A stretch of DNA of 64,000 nucleotides from an uncultured Clostridia bacterium (GCA_947591785.1 CANQDK010000003.1:51868-115867); one strand, 5' to 3'; shown: positions 36,709 through 47,475, counted from the first letter of the stretch. Notes: generated by a model from the sequence alone, not told the origin. Translations and numbers: made by a program.

Positions 36709-39700
36709 TTACCCCACAACTATATTTTCATTTCCAATAATACCAGACAATTCATTTATGAGATGATTGTTTATCTGCACATTTTGTTGATAGACAAAAG
36801 TTTTGTCTGTCAGTGTGCATTTTATCACAACCTTAGTTTCTCCTGGATAAGATGATATGGAATTTTTTACGCGACTGTAAATGTCTGGGTCTTTTGTGTT
36901 GAATCTTAAACAAAGTCGCTTTGTTGGTGCAACTTGCTTGGAACTTCCATCATCTTCCTCATTCCATAATGTGAAAGAATCTGCAACCGCAGATGGAGCC
37001 ATTCCATCACGTATGTTGATTCTTCCGCGAACAGTCACAAGATTGTCTTCTTCCAAGATGCTTCTATATTTTGTATAAGCATTTCCAAAGACTGTAATCT
37101 CCATTGTTCCCTTTAAATCTTCCAATTTTAAGTAACACATTTCACGCCCATTTTTTGTGCGTTTTCGATTGACTTCGGTCAATATTCCCCCACAAATAAA
37201 AGGTTGTCCATCAACAAGTCCGCTTTCATTGAGGTCATCGTTTTGTTCAAATTCATTATTGTCATCGTCCATATCCTCATCAGACGCAGACTTAAACATA
37301 TCAGATGAAATGTTGAATTGTTCAAATTTTTTAGTGTAATCTTGCAAAGGATGTCCACTCATATAAATGCCAATAATATCTCGCTCATTTTTGAGAAGAG
37401 TTTTTTTGTTATATTCCTTTATATCTGGATACTCCACTTTGTCAGTTATTTGCTTTTCACCAAAGAAGGATATTTGCCCCATTTGTCCACTTTTTTTGTC
37501 CTTTTGAGCACGTTCAATAATCTGCTCATAAACCGCTATATATTGAGAACGTGTGTGTCCAAAACAGTCAAAAGCACCACTCAAAATCAAGCATTCAATG
37601 GCTTTTTTATTGACGCCACCAATTGCAACCACTCTTGTAAGGAAATCTTCTAGTGAAACAAAATCTCCATTTTTTTCGCGTTCAGCAATAATGCTGTCAG
37701 TAACAGCAATTCCAACATGTTTAAGTCCGCCAAGTCCAAAACGAATGGCATTTCCTTCCGTTTTAAAATAAGTTCCAGATTTATTTATATGTGGTGGAAG
37801 AGGCTCAATACCTTCGCTTCTGGCAAAGGAAACATATTTCTTCAAATCATCAGCTTTATCAATTCTGTTGTTTAAAACTGCAGTCAAGAATTCTGCTTCA
37901 TAATAACATTTGAGATATGCAGTTTGATATGCGACATAAGCATAAGCCGCAGCGTGAGATTTGTTGAAGGCGTATTTTGCAAATTCTTTCATTTCATCAA
38001 AGATCTTTTCTGCAACCGCTCTGTCATGCCCAAGTTTAACCGCACCAGGAATGGATCTTTTTCCACTAGGGTCTTCCCACCCATTCACAAATTTTGTTCT
38101 TTCAGCATCAATTTTGTCAACCTGTTTCTTCCCCATAATACGTCGAATATTGTCCGCTTGTCCAAGACTGTATCCTGCCATGACTTGCACGATTTTCATA
38201 ACTTGCTCTTGATAAACAATACAGCCGTATGTGACATCAAGTATGCTTTCAAGACATGGGTCATCATAAACAATATGCTCTGGGTCTTGCTTGTTTTTCA
38301 CGAATTTTGGAATTGAATCCATTGGCCCTGGTCGATACATTGAAACACCAGCGATAATATCTTCCAAACTTGTTGGTTTCAGGTCTTTCATAAACTTTTT
38401 CATTCCTGCACTTTCAAGTTGGAAAACGGCATCTGTTCTGCCCTCAGCAATCATTTTAAACACATTTGGGTCATTATATTCCATATCATAAAAATCAATC
38501 TTCACACCATGATTTTCATAAACATAGTCACATGCTTTCTTAATATCTGTCAAAGTTACAAGTCCAAGAAAGTCCATTTTCAAAAGGCCCAAATGCTCAA
38601 GTTCAATCATGCTATATTGTGTGACACGTTCGTTGTCCGTTTTTGCAACAGGAACAAAAGAAGCAACATCAGCTGGGGCAATTAGAATTCCGCAAGCATG
38701 TTGAGAGGTGTTTCTTGGAACACCTTCAAGCAAACTGGCAAAATCAATAACTTTTTTCATGTGTGGGTCTGTATCATAAATTTCTCTAAGTTCTGGGATA
38801 ATGAATTTCTCATTTTCAGGTTTCCCAGTCAAACCAAAATAAAAGCGAAGCACTGGTGGTTTCTTAATTCCATCTGGCAATTTGTTTGGAATGAGTTTTG
38901 TAAGTTTCATAACATCTGGAATTGGCGTTTTCATAACTCGTGCAACATCTCGAATTGCGTTTTTTGCTTGCATACACCCAAAAGTTCCAATTCCTGCAAC
39001 ATGGTCTTGTCCATATCTTCTCTTAACATACTCAATGACATCTCCACGATGGTCTTTACAAAAATCGACATCGAAATCTGGCATGGAAACACGTTCTTTA
39101 TTGATAAATCTCTCAAAGAACAAATTATATCGCATTGGGTCAACACGAGTGATTCCAGATGTATATGCAACCAAACTTCCTGCACCGCTTCCACGCCCAG
39201 GTCCTACAGGAATGCCATTTTCGTTGGCATAGTTGATATAATCCCACACAATCAAAAAGTATTCCACAAAGCCTTGCTCGTGAATAATATTCAATTCCAT
39301 TTCAAGTCTGTCAATAAGTTCTTGCGTTATAACTTTATATTTTTTATGTAAGCCTTCATAGGAAATTCTGCGTAAAAATTCGTAAGGTTCTTCCCCTGTG
39401 GAAGGCCTATATTCAGGAATGTGATTCTTGTTTGAAGGAAGTTTATATTTTTCTGGAACACCATGCACTTCTCCAAGCGATTTTGTTTGAATGACAACAT
39501 CACACTTCTCAGCAATTTCCAATGTTGTTGCAATAGCGTCTTCATAGCCAGCCATTGCTTCAACCATTTCATCATAGGTTTTCAAGTAGAATTCGTCAGT
39601 TGAAAACTTCATTCTGTCTTCATCATCAAGATATTTCCCCATCTGCACGCACATCAAAACATCTTGAAGTTCTGCATCGGTTTTATAAAGATAATGCACA

Positions 39701-40314
39701 TCGTTTGTCGCAACAAGTTTTATACCAAATTTTTTTGACATCTCTGCCAAATATTGATTGACAATTTTTTGCTCTGCAATGCCATGATTTTGTATTTCAA
39801 GATAAAAATCACCATCGTCAAACATATTTTTAAGTCTAAGAGTGAGAGCTTCGGCCTCATCATAACGCCTTTGCAAAATAAGATGAGGAATATGTCCAGC
39901 AAGGCAAGCAGACAGACAAATCACCCCTTTTGAATGTTTTTCAAGTGTTTCATAATCAATTCGTGGCTTATAATAAAATCCATCACAGAAGGCAATTTCA
40001 TTAAGTTTCATAAGGTTGTGATAGCCTTCATTATTCTTTGCAAGAAGAATGATATGTCCAATATCATCTTTACCTGACTTTTTTGTTAAATCATGACAGA
40101 TATAAAATTCGCAACCCAAAATAGGTTTAATTCCAGCTTTTATGCATTCTTCATAAAAAGCCAAAGCTCCATACATATTTCCATGGTCTGTTATTGCAAC
40201 AGCACTGTAGCCCCGCTCTTTTGTTATGTCAACAAGTTTGTTTATTCGAGCAATCCCATCAAGAAGTGAATATTCCGTATGAACATGCAAGTGAACAAAA
40301 TCTTTATTCTCCAT
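36709..40314 (-). CDS. dnaE: DNA polymerase III alpha subunit (DnaE type)
   Basis: 1201 aa. N-terminal PHP domain (HLHVHTEYSLLDG), PFDVDF catalytic region, HhH and OB-fold. An acidic insertion lies near residue 1000. Confidence 0.93.
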   Translation of the reverse strand: MENKDFVHLHVHTEYSLLDGIARINKLVDITKERGYSAVAITDHGNMYGALAFYEECIKAGIKPILGCEFYICHDLTKKSGKDDIGHIILLAKNNEGYHNLMKLNEIAFCDGFYYKPRIDYETLEKHSKGVICLSACLAGHIPHLILQRRYDEAEALTLRLKNMFDDGDFYLEIQNHGIAEQKIVNQYLAEMSKKFGIKLVATNDVHYLYKTDAELQDVLMCVQMGKYLDDEDRMKFSTDEFYLKTYDEMVEAMAGYEDAIATTLEIAEKCDVVIQTKSLGEVHGVPEKYKLPSNKNHIPEYRPSTGEEPYEFLRRISYEGLHKKYKVITQELIDRLEMELNIIHEQGFVEYFLIVWDYINYANENGIPVGPGRGSGAGSLVAYTSGITRVDPMRYNLFFERFINKERVSMPDFDVDFCKDHRGDVIEYVKRRYGQDHVAGIGTFGCMQAKNAIRDVARVMKTPIPDVMKLTKLIPNKLPDGIKKPPVLRFYFGLTGKPENEKFIIPELREIYDTDPHMKKVIDFASLLEGVPRNTSQHACGILIAPADVASFVPVAKTDNERVTQYSMIELEHLGLLKMDFLGLVTLTDIKKACDYVYENHGVKIDFYDMEYNDPNVFKMIAEGRTDAVFQLESAGMKKFMKDLKPTSLEDIIAGVSMYRPGPMDSIPKFVKNKQDPEHIVYDDPCLESILDVTYGCIVYQEQVMKIVQVMAGYSLGQADNIRRIMGKKQVDKIDAERTKFVNGWEDPSGKRSIPGAVKLGHDRAVAEKIFDEMKEFAKYAFNKSHAAAYAYVAYQTAYLKCYYEAEFLTAVLNNRIDKADDLKKYVSFARSEGIEPLPPHINKSGTYFKTEGNAIRFGLGGLKHVGIAVTDSIIAEREKNGDFVSLEDFLTRVVAIGGVNKKAIECLILSGAFDCFGHTRSQYIAVYEQIIERAQKDKKSGQMGQISFFGEKQITDKVEYPDIKEYNKKTLLKNERDIIGIYMSGHPLQDYTKKFEQFNISSDMFKSASDEDMDDDNNEFEQNDDLNESGLVDGQPFICGGILTEVNRKRTKNGREMCYLKLEDLKGTMEITVFGNAYTKYRSILEEDNLVTVRGRINIRDGMAPSAVADSFTLWNEEDDGSSKQVAPTKRLCLRFNTKDPDIYSRVKNSISSYPGETKVVIKCTLTDKTFVYQQNVQINNHLINELSGIIGNENIVVG

Positions 40315-40316
40315 TT

Positions 40317-41285
40317 CTATTCCTCCAAACTTTCAGCAATTTTTATGAGTTTTCTAAATCGATGATTAAGCCCTGAGCGAGTCAATTTGATTGTTGACAA
40401 CTTCAAAAGTTCATCTAAACTTTCCTCAGGATTCGCAAGACGAAGAACAGCAACTTCTTGCAAGTCTTCTGGCAAACTTTCAAGTCCAATTGTGTTTTCA
40501 ATTGTGTTTATCGCATTTGTTTGTTTAAGACTTGCTTCAACCGTTTTGTTGATGTTTGCATTAATACAATTCACCTGTCTGTTAACTTTATTCCTAAGTT
40601 CGCGTGTCACCATTTCATTTGTCAATTCCAAAACACTTTTATCCGCTCCAACAAGAGCCAACAAATCCTGAATTGTTTGTGCATCTTTGATGTAAAGCAC
40701 AAAGCAATTTTTCCTTTCAAATATTTTTCCAATAATGTTGTATTCAGCCAAAAGATGAGAAAGTTCACTCAAAAATTGATGACTTTGACTTGAAAATTCC
40801 AAATGATAGCCAGAGCCACAACTTTCTGCCATGTCTTTTGAAAGCTTTATACTTGAAGTGCTTGCACCGATATATGCCCCCTTCAAAAATGCTCTACGCA
40901 TTTCGTCTTCCAGCAAAAGATTTTTGTCTAAATCAAATTTAATTTCAAGCTGTCCATCAATCAAATCCAGAACTCCTGCATCAATAAGCATATTCTTAAA
41001 TTTTTCAACTTCAAAAGAAATCTCAAAATAGGTGTTTTTATTAATATTATAATTTTCCGAAAGTTTTGGACTGACTTTTGCACCAAAAAATTTTTGCGTA
41101 AGATTGTTTACAAAATCAAAAAGAATTTCAACATCTGAAACAATTTTGAAAAACAATTTTCCGTCTTTTTTCTCAATTTCTCCACATGAATGAAAAAGTC
41201 CAGATAAAAAAGCAAGTGCTGTCGAATCATCTTCAACAACCGTTGTTTTTAATATTTCAACTTTTGAATCTCTGGAAAAGCTCAT
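40317..41285 (-). CDS. whiA: DNA-binding sporulation/cell-division regulator WhiA
   Basis: 322 aa. LAGLIDADG-like domains (FLSGLFHSCG, FLKGAYIGAS) and a C-terminal HTH (LTRSGLNHRFRKL). Confidence 0.85.
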   Translation of the reverse strand: MSFSRDSKVEILKTTVVEDDSTALAFLSGLFHSCGEIEKKDGKLFFKIVSDVEILFDFVNNLTQKFFGAKVSPKLSENYNINKNTYFEISFEVEKFKNMLIDAGVLDLIDGQLEIKFDLDKNLLLEDEMRRAFLKGAYIGASTSSIKLSKDMAESCGSGYHLEFSSQSHQFLSELSHLLAEYNIIGKIFERKNCFVLYIKDAQTIQDLLALVGADKSVLELTNEMVTRELRNKVNRQVNCINANINKTVEASLKQTNAINTIENTIGLESLPEDLQEVAVLRLANPEESLDELLKLSTIKLTRSGLNHRFRKLIKIAESLEE

Positions 41286-41388
41286 TTTTCACCCATTATT
41301 TTATTGTTTTTTATAGTTTTTTCTTTGATTTTTCAATTTTAAAGAGGTTTTTTTATAATTTTTAAATTTTAAGAGTCTTTAAAATAAA

Positions 41389-42153
41389 TTAATTTCCATG
41401 TTTTTTATGAAGTTTTGGAAATTTATCTATATTTGCAACTTGAGAAAGCGGAATGCCCATCTTATAAATCAAGTTAAGCCCATTATTCACTTCGCCAACA
41501 CGCTCTGGCCTATGAGCATCGCTGTCGCAAATAAACTTCACTCCTTCACTTGTCATAATATCAATTTCTTCTTCTGTAAAGGAAATATGCTTTCCGTTTA
41601 ATTCGATATAAACCCCTTTTTGCTTCGCCATTTTTGCAACAGCGACTGTGTCTGTGGTAATGCCGTAATTCAAATGCGTTATTATGTCAACTGGATATTT
41701 GTCAATCATTTTGAGAAACGCAGTAGTATTGCGATTTATACGCTCTTTGCTTGGTTTAAAAATCTTGTTTCCATAGTTTGCCCAATTCAAAAGAGCCTTA
41801 TCTCTCATTGAATTTGTATGCACCAATTTATGATAGCCGACAAGCAAAATATCCAAAAATTCATAATCCTCTTCTTTGATGTCAACATCTCCATCAAGAG
41901 AAATTATGTTTGCTTCCACCCCAAGCAAAATATCCACGCCAGTAATTTCTTTTGCTGTCAAAATATCTTCTTTAAGGTTTGGAATATTTTTTCTTCTAAT
42001 ACCAAAAAATTCATGATTAAAGCCATGATCTGTTATAGCAATTTGCTTCAATCCCTTGTCGGCAGCCACAGAAGCGTTTTCCAACACCGTGCCTTTGCCG
42101 TGATTTAGCCTTGAATAGATTGTGTGTGTGTGATAATCTCCGTATAAAAGCAT
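41389..42153 (-). CDS. PHP-domain phosphoesterase (histidinol-phosphatase family)
   Basis: 254 aa. DYHTHT start, AITDHG, and late CDSDAH metal ligands. Confidence 0.7.
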   Translation of the reverse strand: MLLYGDYHTHTIYSRLNHGKGTVLENASVAADKGLKQIAITDHGFNHEFFGIRRKNIPNLKEDILTAKEITGVDILLGVEANIISLDGDVDIKEEDYEFLDILLVGYHKLVHTNSMRDKALLNWANYGNKIFKPSKERINRNTTAFLKMIDKYPVDIITHLNYGITTDTVAVAKMAKQKGVYIELNGKHISFTEEEIDIMTSEGVKFICDSDAHRPERVGEVNNGLNLIYKMGIPLSQVANIDKFPKLHKKHGN

Positions 42154-42173
42154 ATAAACCTCTCAAAATTTAG

Positions 42174-42629
42174 TCATTCTTTCTCTAATTCATCATATCT
42201 TATCAATTTAACTCCCGCTTCTGCACAAATTTCGCGAGAGAATTCATCTGGATAGCCTTCTTTATAAATCACTTCTTTTATTCCTGCATTAATAATCATC
42301 TTTGCACAGACAACGCATGGTTGATGTGTGCAGTAAAGAATGCAACCCTTCAAACTTATCCCTTCTCGTGCTGCTTGAATAATAGCATTTTGCTCTGCAT
42401 GTGCAGCATAACAGGTTTCTGCATGAGTTCCACTTGGAATTCCAAGTTTTGTCCTTAAACACTCGCCACGTTCGACACATGTCTTAACACCTGCTGGTGC
42501 TCCATTATAACCAGTTGTCATAATACGCTTGTCCCTGACAATAACTGCACCAACTTGCCTACGCAGACAGCTTGACCAAGTTGCAACATGTTCTGTCAAT
42601 TCCATAAATCTTTTATGCCATTTATTCAT
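42174..42629 (-). CDS. comEB: dCMP deaminase (ComEB family)
   Basis: 151 aa. HAEQNAI and PCVVCAKMI zinc motifs. Confidence 0.85.
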   Translation of the reverse strand: MNKWHKRFMELTEHVATWSSCLRRQVGAVIVRDKRIMTTGYNGAPAGVKTCVERGECLRTKLGIPSGTHAETCYAAHAEQNAIIQAAREGISLKGCILYCTHQPCVVCAKMIINAGIKEVIYKEGYPDEFSREICAEAGVKLIRYDELEKE

Positions 42630-43551
42630 CTTTATCCTCCTGCAAAACAATAATTTCTCGCTCAGGATTTATGCCAATTTCTTTCAATTTTTCTTCTAAA
42701 AATTGGACTAAATTAAGCACATCTTTGCTTGTTGCACCACCAAGATTGACAATAAATCCTGCATGTTTTAACGACACCTCTGCTCTTCCTATTTTAACAC
42801 CTTTCAACCCCATTTTGTCAATTAATTTTGCAGGGTAAATTTCTGGATTTGTTTTAATAACTTTAAACACGCTTCCAAGCGAAGCAAATTCACAAGGTTG
42901 TTTTTCATGTTTGAGTTTTATAAATGATTCCATATCTTGTGCTATTTTTTCACTTTTTTCTGATTTAAGTTTCAATTTTACACTCAAAACAACACAATTT
43001 TGCAAATTTGAATGCCTGTATGCAAAAACACATTCATTTTTATTGAGAGTTTTAAATTTTCCATTTTGAAATATTTTCACCGACTGAACAACTTCACAAA
43101 TTTCATGCCCAAAGCATCCACCATTCATAACCACAAAACCACCCATGCTGGCAGGAATACCATAACAAAATTCAATCCCCGACAACCCTCTTTGACAAAG
43201 TGCAGTATTCAAAGCATAAAGATTGACACCTGCATCAATCTTGACAACATTATTTTTCAAAAATTTGATAGAATTCATCTTCCTTAAACAAATAATCACT
43301 CCAGAAAAACCTTTGTCGTCAAAAAGAACATTGCTCCCATTTCCCAAAATAAAGTTTTTCATCTTATTTTTATTGCAAATTTGCAAAATTTTTTCAACTT
43401 CTTTTTCATTTTTTGGAAAAACAATATATTTTGCTTTTCCCCCAACCTTCATTGTGGAGAAATTTTTTAAGTCTGCATTCTCAATAAAATCAAATTCTTC
43501 AAACACAAAATTATATATGAAAACAGAAAAAAAACTGTAAAAGAATTTCAA
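42622..43551 (-). CDS. murB: UDP-N-acetylenolpyruvoylglucosamine reductase
   Basis: LKNFSTMKVGG FAD-domain start, GNGSNVLF, and a C-terminal MurB_C block (GSVFKV..AGFIVN). The track start is TTG. The true start is uncertain; a GTG at 43506 is possible. Confidence 0.85.
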   Translation of the reverse strand: MKFFYSFFSVFIYNFVFEEFDFIENADLKNFSTMKVGGKAKYIVFPKNEKEVEKILQICNKNKMKNFILGNGSNVLFDDKGFSGVIICLRKMNSIKFLKNNVVKIDAGVNLYALNTALCQRGLSGIEFCYGIPASMGGFVVMNGGCFGHEICEVVQSVKIFQNGKFKTLNKNECVFAYRHSNLQNCVVLSVKLKLKSEKSEKIAQDMESFIKLKHEKQPCEFASLGSVFKVIKTNPEIYPAKLIDKMGLKGVKIGRAEVSLKHAGFIVNLGGATSKDVLNLVQFLEEKLKEIGINPEREIIVLQEDKDE

Positions 43552-43703
43552 AAAATTAAATTAATTATTCTCAAAAGAACACAATCAAAAAACACAAAAT
43601 CAAAAGACAAATCATGAAAACAAAATGAGAAGAACTCAATCAAAATCAGCACAAATTGCGAAAAAAGTTTTTTCAAAAGGTTGAATTCAAAGCAAAAAAA
43701 TAC

Positions 43704-43733
43704 ATAAAAAAAATCCCACTCAAAAAAGTGAGA
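43704..43733 (-). terminator. rho-independent terminator after rplQ
   Basis: Minus strand reads UCUCAC-UUUUUUGA-GUGGGA followed by U8. Confidence 0.5.
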
Positions 43734-43749
43734 ATTTTTTATATCAAAA

Positions 43750-44259
43750 TTAAACCAATTCAACAATGGCCATCTCAGCAGCATCGCCACGACGAGAACC
43801 AAGTTTTGTGATTCTTGTATATCCACCGCCCTGTCCAGAAGTCTTTGCACGCTCAGCATATTTTGGAGCATAAACATTGAAAATCTTTTCCAAAAGTGGA
43901 TGATTGATGCCTTCAATTCTTGCCTTATATGCTTCCATTTTTTCTTTTGGCTTTCTTTGTTCTTGCAAGTCATAAACATAGCCCATAATTTTCTTTCTTG
44001 CAGCAAGTTTCTTTGGCCCATCGTTTAAAACTTCTTTCTTAACCTTTTTCCCGTCAGCACCTTTAATGTCTTTAACAACTTTCAAAGTGTCTTGATATGT
44101 GTTGATGGCAAGAGTAATAATCTTTTCAGCAACTCTTGCAGTTGATTTTGCTTTTGCAAGAGTTGTTTCAATCTTTCCATTCCAAAGAAGTGTGGAAACT
44201 TGCCCGCGAAGCATAGCATTTCTTTCTTTTGAAGGTCTGCCCAATTTTTCGTTTGCCAT
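43750..44259 (-). CDS. rplQ: 50S ribosomal protein L17 (long form with an internal insertion)
   Basis: 169 aa. KLGRPSKERNAMLR N-terminus and GGGYTRITKLGSRRGDAAEMAIVELV C-terminus. About 45 extra residues in between. Confidence 0.9.
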   Translation of the reverse strand: MANEKLGRPSKERNAMLRGQVSTLLWNGKIETTLAKAKSTARVAEKIITLAINTYQDTLKVVKDIKGADGKKVKKEVLNDGPKKLAARKKIMGYVYDLQEQRKPKEKMEAYKARIEGINHPLLEKIFNVYAPKYAERAKTSGQGGGYTRITKLGSRRGDAAEMAIVELV

Positions 44260-44345
44260 ATTTTTTCTCCTTTATTTTTAAGGTTGTTCTGCAAAACACT
44301 CTTCAAATATAAAATTGAATCATAAGTGATGCAGTTAAATCTCTT

Positions 44346-45299
44346 TTATTCTTCGTCTTTGCGAAGTGAGAAGCCATAACTTTCAAGCTTTTGAATGACT
44401 TCTTCAACAGATTTTGCTCCCAAATTACGCACTTTGAACATATCGCTTCTTGATTTTTTCAACAAATCTTGAATTGTGTTCAAACCAGCACGCTTGAGGC
44501 AGTTGTAAGAACGAACTGAAAGGTCCATTTCTTCGATTGGAAGTTCCATAAGTTTCACTTGCTTATCTTCTTCTTTTGACATCAAAATTGACATATTGCT
44601 CATTTCTGCACAAAGTTCTATGAACACATTAACATGCTCATTGATAATCTTTCCAGCCAAAGAAACAATTTCTCTTGCTGATGTTGTGCCATTTGTTGTC
44701 ACCTCAAGAGTCAATTTGTCATAATCAATGCTTTGCCCAACACGTGTTGCACTAACATTGAAATTGACTTTTTTAACTGGTGAGAAAATGCTGTCAATAG
44801 CAATAAAGTCAAGATTATCATATTTTGACTTGTTGTCATCACTTGAAACATATCCTCGTCCATTGCCAATCATAACATCAAGGTCAAGCACAGCACCTTC
44901 ATCCATTGTGCAAATGTGAAGATCTGGATTCAAAACTTCAACTTGATCATTACTTTCAAAATCTTTTGCAGTAACTTCTCCTGGTGTGTTTTTGCGAAGT
45001 TTTAAATATGTGATAAAGTTCTTTTCTTGATTTGTGCATTTAACTGCCAATCCTTTCAAGTTAAGAACAATGTCAACAACATCTTCTGTTACTCCACGAA
45101 TTGTTGAAAATTCGTGTGAAACACCTGCAATTCTGAAAGCGATAACTGCTGAACCTGGAAGTGATGAAAGAAGAGTTCTTCTCATGCAATTTCCAAGAGT
45201 GATTCCATAACCTTTTTCAAGAGGCTCAACCACGAATCTTGCAAAATTTCCGCCATCTGTTTCTTCACAAGTGATTTTTGGTTTTTCCATTTCCATCAT
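44346..45299 (-). CDS. rpoA: DNA-directed RNA polymerase alpha subunit
   Basis: 317 aa. N-terminal dimerisation domain and a C-terminal alpha-CTD (LSVRSYNCLKRAGL). Confidence 0.93.
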   Translation of the reverse strand: MMEMEKPKITCEETDGGNFARFVVEPLEKGYGITLGNCMRRTLLSSLPGSAVIAFRIAGVSHEFSTIRGVTEDVVDIVLNLKGLAVKCTNQEKNFITYLKLRKNTPGEVTAKDFESNDQVEVLNPDLHICTMDEGAVLDLDVMIGNGRGYVSSDDNKSKYDNLDFIAIDSIFSPVKKVNFNVSATRVGQSIDYDKLTLEVTTNGTTSAREIVSLAGKIINEHVNVFIELCAEMSNMSILMSKEEDKQVKLMELPIEEMDLSVRSYNCLKRAGLNTIQDLLKKSRSDMFKVRNLGAKSVEEVIQKLESYGFSLRKDEE

Positions 45300-45322
45300 A
45301 GTTTTATAATCCCCCTATTTTA

Positions 45323-45943
45323 TTATCTCGAATACAATTCGACAATCAGTTGTTCTTTGATGTCGCTGTCAATATCTTCTCTTGTTGGATTTGCTAATAT
45401 TTTTCCTGTTAAAGTTTCACTGTTAAATTCCAACCATTTTGGCATAACAATTTTCATACCTTTCAAAGATTTGAACATTTCAAGTTCTTGCTTGTTATCT
45501 TTCACAGTGATAACATCTCCAACTTTAACTCTGTATGATGCAATTGAAACACGTTTTCCGTTCACACAGATATGTCCATGATTGACAATTTGTCTGCATT
45601 CTGCTCTTGAAGCACCAATGCCCATACGATAAATCACATTGTCAAGTCTTCTTTCAATAAGTGACAACATTGTTTCACCTGTTGCACCTTTTGCTCTTGA
45701 AGCATCTTCAAAATATTTTTCAAATTGTCTTTCTAGAATGCCATACATTCTTTTAACTTTCTGTTTTTCACGAAGTTGAAGACCGTATTCAGTCACTCTC
45801 TTTCTTGAAGCACCGTGTTGTCCAGGGATAACAGGTCGTCTTTCCATTGCACACTTCTTTGTCAAGCATCTTTCACCTTTAAGAAAAAGTTTACGACCTT
45901 CTCTACGACATTGACGGCAATCTGGTTCAATAGTTCTTGCCAT
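45323..45943 (-). CDS. rpsD: 30S ribosomal protein S4
   Basis: 206 aa. Zn-type N-terminus CRQCRREG..C, and an S4 domain. Confidence 0.93.
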   Translation of the reverse strand: MARTIEPDCRQCRREGRKLFLKGERCLTKKCAMERRPVIPGQHGASRKRVTEYGLQLREKQKVKRMYGILERQFEKYFEDASRAKGATGETMLSLIERRLDNVIYRMGIGASRAECRQIVNHGHICVNGKRVSIASYRVKVGDVITVKDNKQELEMFKSLKGMKIVMPKWLEFNSETLTGKILANPTREDIDSDIKEQLIVELYSR

Positions 45944-45961
45944 TTTATCTTTCTCCTTTTA

Positions 45962-46375
45962 TTAAACTCTTCTTCTTTTTGGAGGTCTGCAACCGTTATG
46001 AGCGATTGGCGAAACATCCTTAATAAGTGTGACATTAAACCCAAGTGTGGATAATGCTCTAATTGCACTTTCTCTTCCATTTCCTGGCCCTTTGACATAC
46101 ACTTCAACGGATTTCATACCGTTGTCAAGAGCAACCTTACCTGCTTGTTCAACGCAAGTTTGAGCAGCAAAAGGTGTGCTTTTCTTTGAGCCTTTAAGTC
46201 CAAGTCTTCCAGATGAGCAAGATGAAATAACATTTCCATTAAGGTCTGTAAACACGATAATGTTGTTATTAAAAGATGTTGTGATGTGCACTTGCCCTTC
46301 ACCGATATTTCTTGAAACTCTTTTTCTGGTTTTAACTGTTTTCTTTTTAGCAGTTGTCTTTGTTGTGTTTGCCAT
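45962..46375 (-). CDS. rpsK: 30S ribosomal protein S11
   Basis: 137 aa. [17 protein letters not shown] and RPPKRRRV C-terminus. Confidence 0.93.
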   Translation of the reverse strand: MANTTKTTAKKKTVKTRKRVSRNIGEGQVHITTSFNNNIIVFTDLNGNVISSCSSGRLGLKGSKKSTPFAAQTCVEQAGKVALDNGMKSVEVYVKGPGNGRESAIRALSTLGFNVTLIKDVSPIAHNGCRPPKRRRV

Positions 46376-46385
46376 ATCTCACCTC

Positions 46386-46763
46386 TTACTTACCTTTCTT
46401 AGAGCTTCCGCTCACGATTTTCTTTGGTCCTTTCCTTGTTCTTGCATTATTTTTTGTGCTTTGCCCACGAACAGGAAGCCCTTTTCTGTGACGAATACCA
46501 CGATAGCACCCAATTTCATTGAGTTTTTTGATATTCATACTTACTTTTGATTTAAGTTCACCTTCAACAATAAGATTGTGTTCAATATAGTTTCTCAACT
46601 TTGCAACTTCATCTTCAGTCAAATCTTTCACTCTCTTATCAAGTGAAAGTCCTGTTTCTTTACAAATCTTTCGAGATGTTTCAACACCGATTCCATAGAT
46701 GTAAGTCAAACCATATTCCAATCTTTTTTCTCTTGGAAGGTCAACACCAGCAATTCTTGCCAT
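46386..46763 (-). CDS. rpsM: 30S ribosomal protein S13
   Basis: 125 aa. [14 protein letters not shown] start. Confidence 0.93.
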   Translation of the reverse strand: MARIAGVDLPREKRLEYGLTYIYGIGVETSRKICKETGLSLDKRVKDLTEDEVAKLRNYIEHNLIVEGELKSKVSMNIKKLNEIGCYRGIRHRKGLPVRGQSTKNNARTRKGPKKIVSGSSKKGK

Positions 46764-46866
46764 TTAAGTTTTCTCCTTGATTTTTTGATTTGTTTTAGGC
46801 ATTTTTAAGCCTATTTCTTCCTTTTTTGAGGATTTGAGATTTCTCTCTTGTGGTCAATTTTAACCA

Positions 46867-46983
46867 TTAGCCTTGTGTTTGTTTATGTTTTTTGCTCTTG
46901 GAGCAAATAACCATCACTTTGCCATCTCTTTTGATGACTTTGCATTTATCACACATAGGCTTCACAGATGCTCTAACTTTCAT
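46867..46983 (-). CDS. rpmJ: 50S ribosomal protein L36 (zinc-binding form)
   Basis: My translation gives [38 protein letters not shown] (38 aa). Below the ORF-track length cutoff. Confidence 0.9.
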   Translation of the reverse strand: MKVRASVKPMCDKCKVIKRDGKVMVICSKSKKHKQTQG

Positions 46984-46994
46984 TTTTTGCTCCT

Positions 46995-47219
46995 TTATTG
47001 TCCTTTTTCTCTCCAGGTTATTCTTCCTTTTGAGAGGTCATACGGACTCATTTCAATTTTGACTTTGTCACCTTCAATGATGCGTATGAAGTTCTGTCTA
47101 AGTTTTCCAGAAATATATGCAGTGATAACATGTCCATTGGAAAGTTCCACCTTAAAAGTCATACTTGGCAAAACTTCAATAACCTTTCCTTCAAACTCGA
47201 TTACATCTTCCTTCGACAT
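46995..47219 (-). CDS. infA: translation initiation factor IF-1
   Basis: 74 aa. [15 protein letters not shown]...F.V.L.NGH S1-like fold. Confidence 0.93.
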   Translation of the reverse strand: MSKEDVIEFEGKVIEVLPSMTFKVELSNGHVITAYISGKLRQNFIRIIEGDKVKIEMSPYDLSKGRITWREKGQ

Positions 47220-47475
47220 AACTTCTCCTTTCTTTCAAAAATTTTCTAATGCCCGCATTAACATTTTCCAGCCCACTCTCAATCAATTTAACATCAAAAC
47301 TTTCCTTTGATGCTTTTTGAATGTGTTTTAGGCTCTTTTTTTTCGGTTTATCAAGCTTTAAGCGGTCTCCATCAACAAGAAAACAAAACTTTTCATTGAC
47401 TTCTTTAACCACGAAAAACTGATTTTTTTCCTTCCCTGCTGTTGCAATAACGACATCACCTGTTTTGATGTTCAT
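47191..47475 (-). CDS. KOW-domain RNA-binding protein (map-infA spacer gene)
   Basis: 94 aa. The KOW-like N-terminus [21 protein letters not shown] and the position between map and infA match other Firmicutes. Overlaps both neighbours (20 and 29 nt). Confidence 0.65.
   Translation of the reverse strand: MNIKTGDVVIATAGKEKNQFFVVKEVNEKFCFLVDGDRLKLDKPKKKSLKHIQKASKESFDVKLIESGLENVNAGIRKFLKERRSYVEGRCNRV

Noticed and set aside
36881-39761. Many 60-217-aa ORFs antisense to, or out of frame within, dnaE. The same pattern occurs inside tyrS (8275-8892), the GNAT gene (10416-10985), the GGGtGRT gene (12241-12612) and the ribosomal operon (e.g. 55377-55961)
   Set aside because: All lie fully within strongly supported genes, lack SD sequences, and have skewed Phe/Leu/Ser/Cys composition. 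These are typical shadow ORFs.
43548-44021. 157-aa ORF spanning the rplQ-murB spacer and the 3' part of rplQ
   Set aside because: It is out of frame with the clearly real L17 gene. The sequence is low-complexity and Phe/Lys-rich, as expected from AT-rich DNA, and it has no RBS. This is a spurious track ORF.
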